Assembly (NCBI GenBank): GCA_050261675.1
Contig: JBLNDO010000023.1
Span: forward strand, 4,908-68,907
Length of the DNA stretch: 64,000 nucleotides
Origin: Bacillota bacterium
GTDB taxonomy: Bacteria; Pseudomonadota; Gammaproteobacteria; Natronospirales; REEB76
Direction of reading: 5' to 3'
In this document: one piece after another, positions 16,570 to 27,642 of the stretch
Layout of the letters: every line of letters starts with the position of its first letter
Numbering within the stretch: the first letter of the stretch is position 1
Translations under genes and position numbers: made by a program
The notes under the pieces: model-generated
Database searches by the model: none
Seen by the model: only the letters and a program-made list of their open reading frames with translations
What the model was told of the DNA's origin: nothing

Positions 16570-17901
16570 TCACTCCATATGAGCGATGATGGCGTCGCCG
16601 AAGCCCGAGCATCCCACGAGTTGGGCGCCGGGGATCAGGCTCTGCATCTTTTCTTCCACGTTCTTGCGTCCGGCGATCTCGCGCTTGGGCACGCGTATGG
16701 CTTCACGCAGCCGGGCCAAATCATACGTCATGATCTTGGCGGCGATGGTGCGGCCCATGCCGTCGATGATGCGGTCCGCGGCCTCGGTCCAGCCGAGATA
16801 GCGCAGCATCATCTCCGCGGACAATATCAGCGAGCCGGGATTGACCCGGTCCTTGCCGGCGAATCCCGGAGCCGTGCCGTGGGTGGCCTCGAATACGGCG
16901 TAGCCGTCTCCGATGTTGCCGCCCGGCGCGATGCCGATGCCGCCCACCTGGGCCGCTAGGGCGTCGGAAATGTAGTCGCCGTTCAGGTTGAGGGTAGCAA
17001 TCACGTCGTAGTCTTCCGGACGCATCAGGATCTGTTGCAGGAAGTTGTCTGCAATCACGTCCTTGACCACGATGTCATGCCCGGTCTTGGGGTTCCGGAA
17101 TTTGCACCAGGGCCCGCCGTCGATGTCCACGGCGCCGAACTCCTCCTTGGCGACGAGATAACCCCATTTGCAGAAGGCGCCCTCGGTGAACTTCATGATG
17201 TTGCCCTTGTGCACCAGCGTCACCGATACGCGATCGTTGTCGATGGCGTAGCGGATCGCCTTTCGCACCAGGCGCTGGGAACCTTCCTTGGAGACCGGCT
17301 TGATGCCGATGCCTGAGCTGGACGGGAAACGGATGCCGGTAACGCCCATGTCGCGCTGCAGGAAGGTGATCACCTTGTGGACCTCCGGCGTGCCCGCGGC
17401 CCATTCGATGCCGGCGTAGATGTCCTCGGTATTCTCGCGGAACACCACCATGTCGGTGAGTTCCGAATCCTTCATGGGCGTGGACACACCCGGGAAATAG
17501 CGGATCGGCCGCACGCAGGCATAGAGATCCATGGTCTGGCGCATGGCGACATTGAGCGAGCGGATGCCGCCGCCCACGGGGGTGCCGAGCGGGCCCTTGA
17601 TGGAGACGATGTATTCGCGGAGCGTCAGCAGGGTCTCCTCCGGCAGATACATGTCCTTGCCGTAGAGCTTCACGGCTTTTTCGCCGGCGTAAACCTCCAT
17701 CCATTCGATGCGGCGCTTGCCGCCGTAGGACTTCTGCACCGCTGCATCCACCACTTTCTTCATCACCGGCGTAATGTCCACGCCGATGCCGTCTCCCTCG
17801 ATGAATGGGATGATGGGTTGGTCCGGGACGCTGATGCTGGAATCCGGATTGGCGCGGATCGCCTGCCCCCCGCCGGGAGGCCTAATCTTCTCGAATTTCA
17901 T
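16570..17901 (-). CDS. icd: NADP-dependent isocitrate dehydrogenase (homodimeric type)
   Basis: Colinear with E. coli Icd ([45 protein letters not shown]). Start trimmed to MKFEKIRPP. Confidence 0.92.
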   Translation of the reverse strand: MKFEKIRPPGGGQAIRANPDSSISVPDQPIIPFIEGDGIGVDITPVMKKVVDAAVQKSYGGKRRIEWMEVYAGEKAVKLYGKDMYLPEETLLTLREYIVSIKGPLGTPVGGGIRSLNVAMRQTMDLYACVRPIRYFPGVSTPMKDSELTDMVVFRENTEDIYAGIEWAAGTPEVHKVITFLQRDMGVTGIRFPSSSGIGIKPVSKEGSQRLVRKAIRYAIDNDRVSVTLVHKGNIMKFTEGAFCKWGYLVAKEEFGAVDIDGGPWCKFRNPKTGHDIVVKDVIADNFLQQILMRPEDYDVIATLNLNGDYISDALAAQVGGIGIAPGGNIGDGYAVFEATHGTAPGFAGKDRVNPGSLILSAEMMLRYLGWTEAADRIIDGMGRTIAAKIMTYDLARLREAIRVPKREIAGRKNVEEKMQSLIPGAQLVGCSGFGDAIIAHME

Positions 17902-18038
17902 GGGGTTAGACCGGTCAGCCCTGCGGCATCGGGGCGCCAGTCTAGCACGCAGGCGCGGGGGCTTTCCCGCAAAAAAACCGGCGGGTCCCAAGAAGCGGAC
18001 CCGCCGCTCTGAAGCCCGGCTATGGGCTTCCAGTCGGT

Positions 18039-19322
18039 TCAACCGGCGGCGATGAACTGCGCGTCTTCGGTGGAACCGGTGAGGGCCGCCAACGAGGATT
18101 GCCCGTTGGCGATGGCCTGGGTCACAGCATCGAAATAGCCGGTACCCACCTCGCGTTGGTGGCGCGTGGCGCTGTAGCCCCGCGTCTCCGCTGCAAACTC
18201 CGCCTGTTGCAGCTCCACGTACGCAGACATCTGCCGTTGCTTGTAGTCCGCCGCCAGCTCGAACATGCCGTAGTTGAGGGAATGGAAACCGGCGAGCGTG
18301 ATGAACTGGAACTTGTAGCCCATGGCGCCCAATTCACGCTGGAACTTGGCGATGGTGGCGTCGTCCAGGTTCTTCTTCCAATTGAAGGACGGCGAGCAGT
18401 TGTAGGCCAGGAGTTTGCCCGGATACGCCTTATGCACGGCTTCGGCGAAGCGCCGCGCCTGGGTCAGGTCAGGTTTGGAGGTCTCGCACCACACCAGGTC
18501 GGCGTAAGGGGCATAGGCGACGCCACGCGCGATGGCCTGGTCGAGCCCCGCCTTCACCTCGAAATAACCCTCGGTCGTGCGTGCGCCGGTGACGAAGGCC
18601 CTGTCCGCCGGGTCCACATCGGAGGTAAGCAGGCCGGCGGAATCCGCATCGGTGCGCGCCACGATGAGCGTCGGCACATCCATGATGTCGGCCGCGAGGC
18701 GCGCCGCCGTGAGCTTGCTCACGGCTTCCTGGGTTGGTACCAGAACCTTGCCGCCCATGTGGCCGCACTTCTTGGCGGAAGCCAACTGATCTTCGAAGTG
18801 CACGCCGGAAGCACCGGCTTCGATCATGCCTTTCATGAGTTCGAACGCGTTCAACACGCCGCCGAAACCCGCTTCGGCGTCGGCGATGATGGGGGCATAG
18901 ACGTCGTCGTGTTCCGCGCCTTCCGACGTGAGGATCTGGTCTAGGCGCTGGAAAGCGTTATTGATGCGCCGTACGAGTGCCGGTACGGCGTCGGCGGGAT
19001 ACAGTGACTGGTCGGGGTACATCTGGCCCGCCGTATTGGAATCCGCGGCTACCTGCCAGCCGGAGCAATAGATGGCTTTCAACCCCGCCTTTACCTGTTG
19101 CATGGCCTGATTGCCCGTCAGCGCCCCGAGGGCATTCACGAAATCCTCGGTGTTGAGGAGGCGCCACAGACGTTCGGCACCCCGTCGCGCCAAGGTGTAT
19201 TCGATCGCCACACTTCCCCGTAGCTTCACCACATCGGCGCCGCCATAGCTGCGTTTTACGCTCTTCCAGCGCGGATTGTCATTCCAGTCCCGTTCCAGCT
19301 GTTCCGCCGTCTTGAGTGCCAT
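18039..19322 (-). CDS. aceA: Isocitrate lyase
   Basis: Signature KKCGHMGGK and a length of 427 aa. Confidence 0.92.
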   Translation of the reverse strand: MALKTAEQLERDWNDNPRWKSVKRSYGGADVVKLRGSVAIEYTLARRGAERLWRLLNTEDFVNALGALTGNQAMQQVKAGLKAIYCSGWQVAADSNTAGQMYPDQSLYPADAVPALVRRINNAFQRLDQILTSEGAEHDDVYAPIIADAEAGFGGVLNAFELMKGMIEAGASGVHFEDQLASAKKCGHMGGKVLVPTQEAVSKLTAARLAADIMDVPTLIVARTDADSAGLLTSDVDPADRAFVTGARTTEGYFEVKAGLDQAIARGVAYAPYADLVWCETSKPDLTQARRFAEAVHKAYPGKLLAYNCSPSFNWKKNLDDATIAKFQRELGAMGYKFQFITLAGFHSLNYGMFELAADYKQRQMSAYVELQQAEFAAETRGYSATRHQREVGTGYFDAVTQAIANGQSSLAALTGSTEDAQFIAAG

Positions 19323-19336
19323 GGGTGCCTCCCAGT

Positions 19337-20977
19337 TCAGTCGAGTTCCGCGTACGCCACTGTCGTCAGAAACGGTTCGAGCCGTTCCGCCTGGGTCAGA
19401 TGCTTGAGGATATCCACGGCCCGCTGCAGTGCGCCATGCTGTACCGGCAGCGCGGCTTGCTCAAGCCGCGTGCGCTGTGATTCGATGACCATGTCCATGA
19501 GGCCGCGATCGATGAGGCGGCCATCATCCAATTCCACGTCACGCCGGTGCAGCCACTGCCAGAGCTGGGTGCGGGCGATCTCCGCGGTGGCGGCATCCTC
19601 CATGAGGTTGTGGATGGGCACGCAGCCGTTGCCCGCGAGCCAGGCGGCGAGATAGAGGATGGAGACTTCAACGTTGTTCTCCAGGCCCCGGGCGGTGATG
19701 CCGCCCTCGGGGACCGCCAGCAGTTCCGCGGCGTCGACTTTCACGTCTTCGCGCTTGCGGTCCAATTGATTCGGCCCTTTGAGGTGCTTGTCGAAGATTT
19801 CCATGGCGAGGGGCACCAGCGCCGGGTGCGCCACCCAGGTACCGTCGTGGCCGTCGCCGGCCTCCCGCTCCTTGTCGGCACGCACCTTGGCGAGGGCCGC
19901 GTCGTTCGCGGTGGGGTCGTTCTTGATGGGTATCTGCGCCGCCATGCCGCCCATGGCGAAGGCACCGCGACGGTGACAGGTCTTGATGAGCAACTGTGAA
20001 TAGGCGCGCATGCAGGGTGCCGTCATGGTCACCTGTCCTCGCTCCGGGAACACCTGTGTCTTGCGCGCATGGAGTTTTTTGATGAAGCTGAAGATGTAAT
20101 CCCAGCGCCCGCAGTTGAGCCCCACGATGTGGGGCTTGAGCGCGTGCAGAATCTCGTCCATCTCGAAGGCCGCCGGCAGGGTTTCGATGAGCACCGTGAC
20201 CTTGACCGTGCCCTGTTCCAGCCCGAGCCGCTTTTCCGCGTGGGTGATCACGTCCTCCCACAGGGCCGCCTCCTCCGTGGCCTCCATCTTGGGCAGGTAG
20301 TAATAGGGCCCCGTGCCGCGCGCTTTCAGGGCGGCCGCGTTGTGGAAGAGGTACAGGCCAAAATCCAACAAAGCCGCCGGGATGGGCATGCCCTCGAAAA
20401 GCGCATGCTTCTCTACAAGGTGCCAGCCACGCGGCCGCACCACGAGCACCGCCGTGTTGGGGTTGAGCCGGTAAACCTTGCCCTCGGGCGAGGTGTGTCC
20501 GATGACGCCGCGTACCGCGTCCATGAGGTTCGCCTGGCCTTCCACCACGTTGTTCCAGGTGGGTGCGAGGGAGTCCTCGAAGTCCGCCATGAACACCCGC
20601 GCCCCTGAGTTGAGCGCATTGATGACCATCTTCCGCTCCGTGGGCCCGGTGATCTCCACGCGCCGGTCCAGGAGGTCCGCCGGGATGGCCCCCACTTTCC
20701 ACTCCCCTTCGCGGATGGAGCGGGTATCGGCGCGGAAATCCGGGAGCTCACCTGCATCGAAGCGGGCTTGGCGGGCCTCGCGGGCAGCCAGCAGCTGCTT
20801 GATACGGGGCGCGAAGCGGCGCGTGAGTTCTGCCACGAATGCCAAGGCTTCCCGGGTCAGGATCTCCTTTTCCCGGGGCGTGGAAGGGCCGCGAATCTCC
20901 AGGGTCATGGGGTTGGTCTCCTGGGTCTTGCGGACGGCTGATTCCACGGACTTACCTTCGGTTTGCGGGTTTTTCAT
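19337..20977 (-). CDS. aceB: Malate synthase A
   Basis: Malate synthase A-like throughout (RVEITGP..., [12 protein letters not shown]). An alternative start at 20908 (MTLEIRG) also has a good SD. Confidence 0.88.
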   Translation of the reverse strand: MKNPQTEGKSVESAVRKTQETNPMTLEIRGPSTPREKEILTREALAFVAELTRRFAPRIKQLLAAREARQARFDAGELPDFRADTRSIREGEWKVGAIPADLLDRRVEITGPTERKMVINALNSGARVFMADFEDSLAPTWNNVVEGQANLMDAVRGVIGHTSPEGKVYRLNPNTAVLVVRPRGWHLVEKHALFEGMPIPAALLDFGLYLFHNAAALKARGTGPYYYLPKMEATEEAALWEDVITHAEKRLGLEQGTVKVTVLIETLPAAFEMDEILHALKPHIVGLNCGRWDYIFSFIKKLHARKTQVFPERGQVTMTAPCMRAYSQLLIKTCHRRGAFAMGGMAAQIPIKNDPTANDAALAKVRADKEREAGDGHDGTWVAHPALVPLAMEIFDKHLKGPNQLDRKREDVKVDAAELLAVPEGGITARGLENNVEVSILYLAAWLAGNGCVPIHNLMEDAATAEIARTQLWQWLHRRDVELDDGRLIDRGLMDMVIESQRTRLEQAALPVQHGALQRAVDILKHLTQAERLEPFLTTVAYAELD

Positions 20978-21049
20978 GACGCTAGACCCTCTCTCGTCTA
21001 TAAAGAAGACAAATGATTCAATTTAATTCATTTAAAATTACAATTATCT
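20978..21049. promoter_or_regulatory. AT-rich divergent control region between aceB and the LysR gene
   Basis: 72-bp spacer. It is very AT-rich (aaatgattcaatttaattcatttaaaattacaattatct) and carries ATTCA direct repeats. This is the expected site of LysR binding and of both promoters. Confidence 0.45.
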
Positions 21050-21961
21050 ATGCCTCGACTCAGCCGACAATACCAGCACAATCGCCTCGCTCAATTGCGG
21101 GCCTTCTGCCATACGGTCCGGGAAGGCAGCATCTCCAAGGCGGCGGAAAGATTGGACTTAGCGCAGCCCACGGTGTCCTTGCAAATCCAGGCGCTCGAAA
21201 AGGATCTCGCCGAAATGCTGCTGGAGCGGCGCGGTCCGAAGATCGCGCCCACCCCGGCCGGCGCCGCACTATACGAACTGGCCCTGCCCCTGGTGCAGGG
21301 CATGGATACCCTACCCCAGGCCCTGGCGGACAAATTCGGGCGGCTCGACACGGGCGAGATCAACATCGCCTGCGGCGAGTCGACGCTCTTGCACCTTCTG
21401 CCGCCCTACGTGCGGGAGTTCACCCAGACTTACCCTGGCATCCATCTGCGCCTGCACAACGTGACGGGCCGCAATGGCATGGCCATGCTCCGGGCCGACG
21501 AAGTGGATTTCGCCGTGGGCTCGCTGCTCGAAGTGCCGGACGACATGCTCTACAAGCCGCTTTTCAATTACGAGCCCATGCTCATTTGCGCGGCGGACCA
21601 TCCCTTGGTCCGCCTGCCGCGGGTGACGTTGGAGGACATCGCCCCCTACGGCCTGATCTTGCCTCCCCAGTTCCTGTCCACCCTGCGGAGGGTTAGCGAG
21701 GTGTTCCGCACACACGGCTTGGAGTACAAGATCAAGCTGGAAGTGGGCGGATGGGAGGTGATCAAGCGCTATGTGGAGGAAGGGCTGGGCATCTCCATCG
21801 TCACCAGCATCTGCCTGCGGCAAAGCTATCGCCTGCGGGCCATCCCGATGAAACAATATTTTCCGGAACGGAGTTATGGTGTGGTGCAGCGACGCGGCAA
21901 GTTCCTCACGCCACAGGCCAAGCGCTTCATCGAGACCCTGGAAAGCCCGCCGGCGGCCTGA
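21050..21961 (+). CDS. LysR-family transcriptional regulator
   Basis: N-terminal w[38 protein letters not shown], length 303 aa, divergent from aceBA-icd. Confidence 0.85.
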   Translation: MPRLSRQYQHNRLAQLRAFCHTVREGSISKAAERLDLAQPTVSLQIQALEKDLAEMLLERRGPKIAPTPAGAALYELALPLVQGMDTLPQALADKFGRLDTGEINIACGESTLLHLLPPYVREFTQTYPGIHLRLHNVTGRNGMAMLRADEVDFAVGSLLEVPDDMLYKPLFNYEPMLICAADHPLVRLPRVTLEDIAPYGLILPPQFLSTLRRVSEVFRTHGLEYKIKLEVGGWEVIKRYVEEGLGISIVTSICLRQSYRLRAIPMKQYFPERSYGVVQRRGKFLTPQAKRFIETLESPPAA

Positions 21962-22491
21962 TGTTGATCCTGTTCAACAAGCCCTACGGCGTGCTCTGCC
22001 AATTCAGCGGCGAAGGCCGGCCGACGCTCAAGGATTACATCATGACCAGGAACGTATACCCCGCGGGCCGGCTGGATACGGATAGCGAGGGGTTGCTGGT
22101 GCTCACGGACGATGGGCGCTTGCAGAACCGCATCAGCCATCCCCATCACAAGCTTCCCAAGGTATATATCGCCCAAGTGGAAGGCGTCCCGGCACAGGAC
22201 ACGCTGGAACGGCTGGCCCAAGGCGTCGAGCTGAATGACGGCAGAACGCTTCCCACCAAAGTCCGGTCGATCCCCGAACCCGCCTGGCTGTGGCCCCGTA
22301 ATCCCCCCATTCGTTTCCGCAAGCGGGTGGCGGACAGTTGGCTCGAACTTACGCTCACCGAAGGCCGCAACCGGCAGGTACGGCGCATGACCGCTGCGAT
22401 CGGGCACCCGACGCTCCGGCTCATACGCTGGGCGGTGGGTGAATGGAACTTGGAAGGGCTGAAACCCGGGGAGCAGCGGGTAGCGGGATAG
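21961..22491 (+). CDS. rluE: 23S rRNA pseudouridine synthase RluE (RsuA family)
   Basis: [15 protein letters not shown]..., catalytic [17 protein letters not shown], 176 aa. One-nt overlap with the LysR stop. Confidence 0.8.
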   Translation: MLILFNKPYGVLCQFSGEGRPTLKDYIMTRNVYPAGRLDTDSEGLLVLTDDGRLQNRISHPHHKLPKVYIAQVEGVPAQDTLERLAQGVELNDGRTLPTKVRSIPEPAWLWPRNPPIRFRKRVADSWLELTLTEGRNRQVRRMTAAIGHPTLRLIRWAVGEWNLEGLKPGEQRVAG

Positions 22492-23856
22492 TTATTTCTT
22501 CGTGCGCGCCACGATGCGCATGGCCACTTCCAGGGCCTGCTCATAATTTAAGCGCGGATCCACCTGGGATTTGTAGGCGCGCTCCAGGTCCGTTTCCGTT
22601 AGGCCCCGGGCACCGCCGGTGCACTCCGTCACATCGTCGCCGGTGAGTTCAAAATGCACGCCGCCGAGCCGGCTATCGAGTTTCTCGTGCAACTCGAATG
22701 CGCTTTCCAGTTCCTTCAGGATGTTCTCGAAACGGCGCGTCTTGAGACCGTTGCTGGTGGTCTCGGTGTTGCCATGCATGGGGTCGCAGATCCACAGCAC
22801 CTGGCGGCCGGACTGTCTCACCGCTTCCACCAAGGGAGGCAACTTCTCGGCGATGTGCTTGGCGCCGAAGCGGTGGATGAGCGTGAGCCGCCCCGGCTCA
22901 TCGTCCGGGTTCAGCATCGCCATGAGTTCTTTCAGGCCGTCGGCGCTCATGAGCGGCCCCACCTTCACCGCCAAGGGGTTGGCGATGCCGCGGAAATACT
23001 CCACGTGGGCGCCCGTGACATCCGCCGTGCGCATGCCGATCCAAGGGAAGTGGGTGGCCAGGTTGTACCAGCGGCCGGTCTCGGCCACGAACTGGGTCTG
23101 GGCCTGCTCGTACAGAAGGTGCAGTCCCTCGTGGCTGGTGAACAGGTCGATGCGGCCGCTTTCCGCCAGGGTCTGGCCGGAAATGGTCTCCATGAAGCTC
23201 AGGGAATCCACGATGGATTGCACGATGCGCCGGTATTCCGCCTCCAGGGGCGAGTTGCGCACGAAATCGAGGTCCCAGTACTCCGGGTGATGCAGGTCGG
23301 CGAAGCCGCCGTCCACCATGGCGCGCACGTAGTTGAGGGTGAGCGCGGCGTGCTCGTAGCCGCGGAGCATCAGCACCGGATCGGGCGTGCGCTCGGCCAG
23401 GGTGAAACCCGCGCGGTTGATGAGGTCGCCGCGGTAGCTCGGCAGGGTGAGGCCGTTGCGGGTTTCTGTGTCCGCTGAGCGCGGTTTGGCGTACTGGCCC
23501 GCCAGACGGCCCACGCGGATCACCCGCTTCTTGAGGCCGTGTACCAGCACCAGGCTCATCTGCAGCAGGATCTTGAGCTTGTTGGCGATGGGCTCGCCGG
23601 TGCAGTCGTCGAAGCTCTCGGCGCAGTCGCCGCCTTGCAGCACGAAGCGCTCGCCCCGCTGGGCTTCCGCCAGCTGCTGGCGCAGCTTGTCCACTTCGCC
23701 CCAGGTGACGAGCGGCGGCAGGCGGCTGATCTCCGCCACCACCCGCTCGGCAACGTCCGCGTCCGGATAGAGCGGCTGCTGTCCGGCCACGCGGGTTCGC
23801 CAGCTGTCCGGCTTCCAGGGATGCATGAATTTCGTGTCCATATCGGAGCCCGCCAT
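22492..23856 (-). CDS. Class II (plant-like) 3-deoxy-7-phosphoheptulonate (DAHP) synthase
   Basis: About 450 aa. N-terminus WKPDSWRTRVAGQQPLYPD and overall colinearity with class II DAHP synthases. Confidence 0.85.
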   Translation of the reverse strand: MAGSDMDTKFMHPWKPDSWRTRVAGQQPLYPDADVAERVVAEISRLPPLVTWGEVDKLRQQLAEAQRGERFVLQGGDCAESFDDCTGEPIANKLKILLQMSLVLVHGLKKRVIRVGRLAGQYAKPRSADTETRNGLTLPSYRGDLINRAGFTLAERTPDPVLMLRGYEHAALTLNYVRAMVDGGFADLHHPEYWDLDFVRNSPLEAEYRRIVQSIVDSLSFMETISGQTLAESGRIDLFTSHEGLHLLYEQAQTQFVAETGRWYNLATHFPWIGMRTADVTGAHVEYFRGIANPLAVKVGPLMSADGLKELMAMLNPDDEPGRLTLIHRFGAKHIAEKLPPLVEAVRQSGRQVLWICDPMHGNTETTSNGLKTRRFENILKELESAFELHEKLDSRLGGVHFELTGDDVTECTGGARGLTETDLERAYKSQVDPRLNYEQALEVAMRIVARTKK

Positions 23857-24018
23857 GCTACACGCCGACGATGGCAGGCGAAAGCGCGGGATGCGGCGGA
23901 CGCATCATTTATGGCAAAATTACGCGCTTTTTACCCGCCGGGCCGCATCGAACGCTCCTTGCGGTCCTCCCCGTCAGGGTGTCGGGGACTTTAACCATCA
24001 ATTCTGGAGATTTAGTCC

Positions 24019-25182
24019 ATGCATCGCGTGCTCGTCCTCGGCGCCGGCAAGATCGGTTCCCTCCTCTCGGGCCTCCTGGCCTCCTCCGGCGACTATGAGA
24101 TCGGCCTGGCCGACGCCAACGGCAAGGCCGCCGAGGCCGTGGCCGCCAGCCACAAGAAGGCCAAGATCAACATCCATGCCTACCAGGTGAATGCCGCGGA
24201 TAAATCCGCCCTCGAGGCACACCTCAAGGCTCACCCGGCGGACGCCGTCATCTCCAGCTTGCCTTACTTCTGCAACCCGCCGGTGGCGGAGGTGGCGCGC
24301 AAACTGGATATGCACTATTTCGACCTGACCGAGGACGTGGAAGTCACCCGCGCCGTAACGAAGACCGCCCAAGGGGCCAAGACCGCCTTTGCGCCCCAGT
24401 GTGGCCTGGCGCCGGGCTTCATCAGCATCGCGGCCAACGAGCTCATGACGCACTTCGACGAGATCCACGACGTGAAGCTGCGCGTCGGCGCCCTGCCCCA
24501 GAATCCGGGCAACATGACCAAGTATTCCCTCACCTGGTCGTCCGACGGCGTCATCAACGAATACGGCAACACCTGTTACGGCATCGTGAACGGCAAGGAT
24601 GCCGCACTCATGCCCCTCGAAGGGCTGGAGACCATCCAGCTGGAAGGCAAGCTCTACGAAGCTTTCAACACCTCCGGCGGCCTGGGCTCCCTGGCCGAGA
24701 CCTATGCCGGGAAGGTGCGCAACATGACTTACAAGACCATGCGCTACCCCGGCCACTGCGAGGTGATGCGCCTGCTCATGAACGACCTGGGCATGAACCA
24801 GGACCGGGACACCCTGAAACGGATCCTGGAGCGCGCCGTGCCGCGCACCGTGCAGGACGTGGTGCTCATCTACGTGTCCGTGAGCGGCCTGCAGCACGGC
24901 AAGTTCATGGAAGAGAGCTATTCCAACGCCGTGTATCCCCAGGAAATCGCCGGGCACCTGTGGTCCGCGATCCAGGTGACCACCAGCGCGGGCATTGCCG
25001 CGGTGGTGGACCTGGTGCTGAAGAATCCCAAGGCGTATCAGGGCCTGGTCAAGCAGGAACGGTTCAGCCTGACCGACGTGCTCAACAACCGCTTCGGCAA
25101 GGCCTACGCCCAGGCCGAAACCGCGGAACTCTCGGCGCGCCTGGTGCGCACCGGCGAGGCCGCCAAGCAGTTCGTGGCCTAA
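24019..25182 (+). CDS. Saccharopine dehydrogenase-family oxidoreductase (possible L-lysine 6-dehydrogenase or saccharopine dehydrogenase)
   Basis: Rossmann N-terminus [11 protein letters not shown], 387 aa. Followed 10 nt later by an ALDH7-type dehydrogenase gene. Confidence 0.7.
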   Translation: MHRVLVLGAGKIGSLLSGLLASSGDYEIGLADANGKAAEAVAASHKKAKINIHAYQVNAADKSALEAHLKAHPADAVISSLPYFCNPPVAEVARKLDMHYFDLTEDVEVTRAVTKTAQGAKTAFAPQCGLAPGFISIAANELMTHFDEIHDVKLRVGALPQNPGNMTKYSLTWSSDGVINEYGNTCYGIVNGKDAALMPLEGLETIQLEGKLYEAFNTSGGLGSLAETYAGKVRNMTYKTMRYPGHCEVMRLLMNDLGMNQDRDTLKRILERAVPRTVQDVVLIYVSVSGLQHGKFMEESYSNAVYPQEIAGHLWSAIQVTTSAGIAAVVDLVLKNPKAYQGLVKQERFSLTDVLNNRFGKAYAQAETAELSARLVRTGEAAKQFVA

Positions 25183-25192
25183 AGGAGCTTCC

Positions 25193-26725
25193 ATGGCCGA
25201 CGTTCAGAAGATACTTTCCAGCCTGGGGCTCACCCAGGACAACGCCGGCACCTGGACGCCGACGGGCGGCTGGCGCAAGAGTGCCGGCGGCAAGGTCATC
25301 GAGTCCATCAATCCGGCCACCGGCCAGGTAATCGCCAAGGTTCATTGCGCCACCGAGGCGGACTATGAGCAGGTGATCGTGGATGCGGAAACCGCGTTCA
25401 AGGCCTGGCGCGAGCTGCCGGCGCCGAAACGCGGCGAAGCGGTGCGCCTCGTGGGCGAGGAGCTGCGCAAGAACAAGGACGCGCTCGGCAGCCTGGTCTC
25501 GCTCGAGATGGGCAAGATCAAGGCCGAAGGCGACGGCGAAGTGCAGGAAATGATCGACATCGCCGATTTCGCCGTGGGCCAGTCGCGCATGCTCTACGGG
25601 CGCACCATGCAGTCGGAGCGGGCGCGTCACCGCATGGCGGAACAGTGGCATCCCCTCGGCATCGTGGGCGTGATCTCCGCCTTCAATTTCCCCGTGGCGG
25701 TCTGGTCCTGGAACGCCTTCATCGCCGCGATCTGCGGCGACGTCACCGTGTGGAAGCCCTCCCCCCGTACCCCGCTCTGCGCCGTGGCGGTGCAGACCAT
25801 CTGCAACAAGGTGCTGGAGAAGCACGGGTACCCGGCGATCTTCTCCTTGTTCATCGACGGCGACAACCGCCTCGCGGAGCGCTTCGTGAAGGATCATCGC
25901 GTGGCGCTGGTGTCCTTCACGGGCTCCACGGCCGTGGGCCGCAAGGTGGGCGAGATGGTGGCGGCGCGCATGGGCAAGTCGCTGCTGGAGCTGGGCGGCA
26001 ACAACGCCATCGTGGTGGACGAGACCGCAGACCTGAAACTCGCGGTTCCCGCCATCGTGTTCGGCTCCGTGGGCACCGCCGGCCAGCGTTGCACCACCAC
26101 CCGCCGGCTCATCGTCCACCAGAGCCTCATCGACGAGCTAACCCAGAAGCTGGTCTCCGCTTACAAGCAGGTGCGCATCGGCGATCCCCTGGACCCGCAG
26201 ACCCTGATGGGTCCGCTGTGCAGCCAGGATGCAGTGAACCGCTACCAGTCGGCCGTCGAGGCCGCGAAGAAGGCCGGCGGCCAGGTGCTCATCGGCGGCA
26301 AGAAACTCGACCGCCCCGGATTCTTCGTGGAACCCACGATCGTCAAGGCGAAGAACGAGTGGGACATCGTCAAGACCGAGACCTTCGCGCCCATCCTCTA
26401 CGTCATGCCTTTCAAGACCCTGGACGAGGCGGTGCGCCTGCATAACGACGTGCCTCAGGGCTTGTCCTCCTCCATCTTCACCACCAGCGTGAAGAACGCC
26501 GAATACTTCCTCTCGGCGGTGGGCAGCGACTGCGGCATCGCCAACGTCAACATCGGCACCTCCGGCGCCGAGATCGGTGGGGCGTTCGGTGGCGAGAAGG
26601 AAACCGGCGGGGGACGCGAATCTGGTTCCGACGCCTGGAAGCAATATATGCGGCGCCAGACCAATACGCTCAACTGGTCCGATTCGCTGCCGCTTGCCCA
26701 GGGCATCAAGTTCGACATCGGTTGA
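25193..26725 (+). CDS. ALDH7-type aldehyde dehydrogenase (alpha-aminoadipic semialdehyde / piperideine-6-carboxylate dehydrogenase-like)
   Basis: ALDH motifs ELGGNNA and GTAGQRCTT (catalytic Cys). The C-terminal [23 protein letters not shown] stretch is typical of ALDH7/antiquitin. Confidence 0.8.
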   Translation: MADVQKILSSLGLTQDNAGTWTPTGGWRKSAGGKVIESINPATGQVIAKVHCATEADYEQVIVDAETAFKAWRELPAPKRGEAVRLVGEELRKNKDALGSLVSLEMGKIKAEGDGEVQEMIDIADFAVGQSRMLYGRTMQSERARHRMAEQWHPLGIVGVISAFNFPVAVWSWNAFIAAICGDVTVWKPSPRTPLCAVAVQTICNKVLEKHGYPAIFSLFIDGDNRLAERFVKDHRVALVSFTGSTAVGRKVGEMVAARMGKSLLELGGNNAIVVDETADLKLAVPAIVFGSVGTAGQRCTTTRRLIVHQSLIDELTQKLVSAYKQVRIGDPLDPQTLMGPLCSQDAVNRYQSAVEAAKKAGGQVLIGGKKLDRPGFFVEPTIVKAKNEWDIVKTETFAPILYVMPFKTLDEAVRLHNDVPQGLSSSIFTTSVKNAEYFLSAVGSDCGIANVNIGTSGAEIGGAFGGEKETGGGRESGSDAWKQYMRRQTNTLNWSDSLPLAQGIKFDIG

Positions 26726-26754
26726 AGTGCCGGTCCCGTAAGTGATAAGAAATG

Positions 26755-26783
26755 GACGCCGTGCACCTGCACGGCGTCTTGCT
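26755..26783 (+). terminator. Hairpin (intrinsic terminator-like) after the aldehyde dehydrogenase gene
   Basis: Perfect inverted repeat GACGCCGTGCA-cc-TGCACGGCGTC followed by TTGCT (short, weak U tract). Confidence 0.5.
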
Positions 26784-26805
26784 ATGTAAAGTAAGGAAAA
26801 GCCGC

Positions 26806-27642
26806 GTGTTGTATACCGACCTGCTGCTGCTCGCCGTGTTGCAAGGCATCAGCGAACTCTTTCCCATCAGCAGCCTGGGCCACAGCGTGCTGGTGCCGGC
26901 GCTCTTGCACTGGCCCGTGGACCGGGACGCGCCCTGGTTTCTGCCATACATCGTCGTACTGCATCTCGGCACGGCCCTGGCGCTGGTCATCTACTTCTGG
27001 CGGGACTGGCTCAGCCTGCTGGCCGGTGCCCTGCGTGGCGGCGGCAGCCCGGCGCATCCCCAGGCCCGGCTCTTCTGGCTGCTGGCCTGCGGCACCGTGC
27101 CGGCGGGCTTGCTGGGATTCCTGCTGGAACGGAAGGTGCGCGAACTCTTCGGCGGGTTCAGTGTGGCCGCACTCTTCCTGATGCTGAACGGCGGCGTGCT
27201 TCTGCTGGGCGACAAGCTGAAACGGCGGGAAGGCGCGGCTTCGCCGGAAAAACTGACCTGGACCCAAGCGTTTTTCATCGGTTGCGCCCAGGCGCTGGCG
27301 TTGATCCCAGGTCTCTCCCGCTCCGGCGTCACGCTGGTGGCAGGACTCCTGGGCGGCCTCGACTATGCTGCATCCGCCCGGTTTTCATTCCTGCTGGCGA
27401 CGCCCATCATCGGCGCTGCTGGCTTGTTGGAAGTACCGAAGCTCCTGCATGCGCACACCCGAATGCCATCTGGCCTATTGCCGGTGATTCTACTGGGGGG
27501 CGTCTTGGCGGGTGTGTTTGCCTGGTTGAGCACCTGGTTTTTGATGAGGTGGTTCAAGTCACACGAACTGATGGCTCTCAGGCCGTTCGGTATTTATTGT
27601 CTAGCCGCAGGCGCGGCTGCGTTGTTGCTGCACGCCCTCTAA
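26806..27642 (+). CDS. uppP: Undecaprenyl-diphosphate phosphatase
   Basis: BacA motif GISELFPISSLGHS and a polytopic profile. GTG start at 26806 is preferred: AAGGA lies 8 nt upstream and the hairpin occupies the longer ORF's 5' end. Confidence 0.85.
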   Translation: MLYTDLLLLAVLQGISELFPISSLGHSVLVPALLHWPVDRDAPWFLPYIVVLHLGTALALVIYFWRDWLSLLAGALRGGGSPAHPQARLFWLLACGTVPAGLLGFLLERKVRELFGGFSVAALFLMLNGGVLLLGDKLKRREGAASPEKLTWTQAFFIGCAQALALIPGLSRSGVTLVAGLLGGLDYAASARFSFLLATPIIGAAGLLEVPKLLHAHTRMPSGLLPVILLGGVLAGVFAWLSTWFLMRWFKSHELMALRPFGIYCLAAGAAALLLHAL

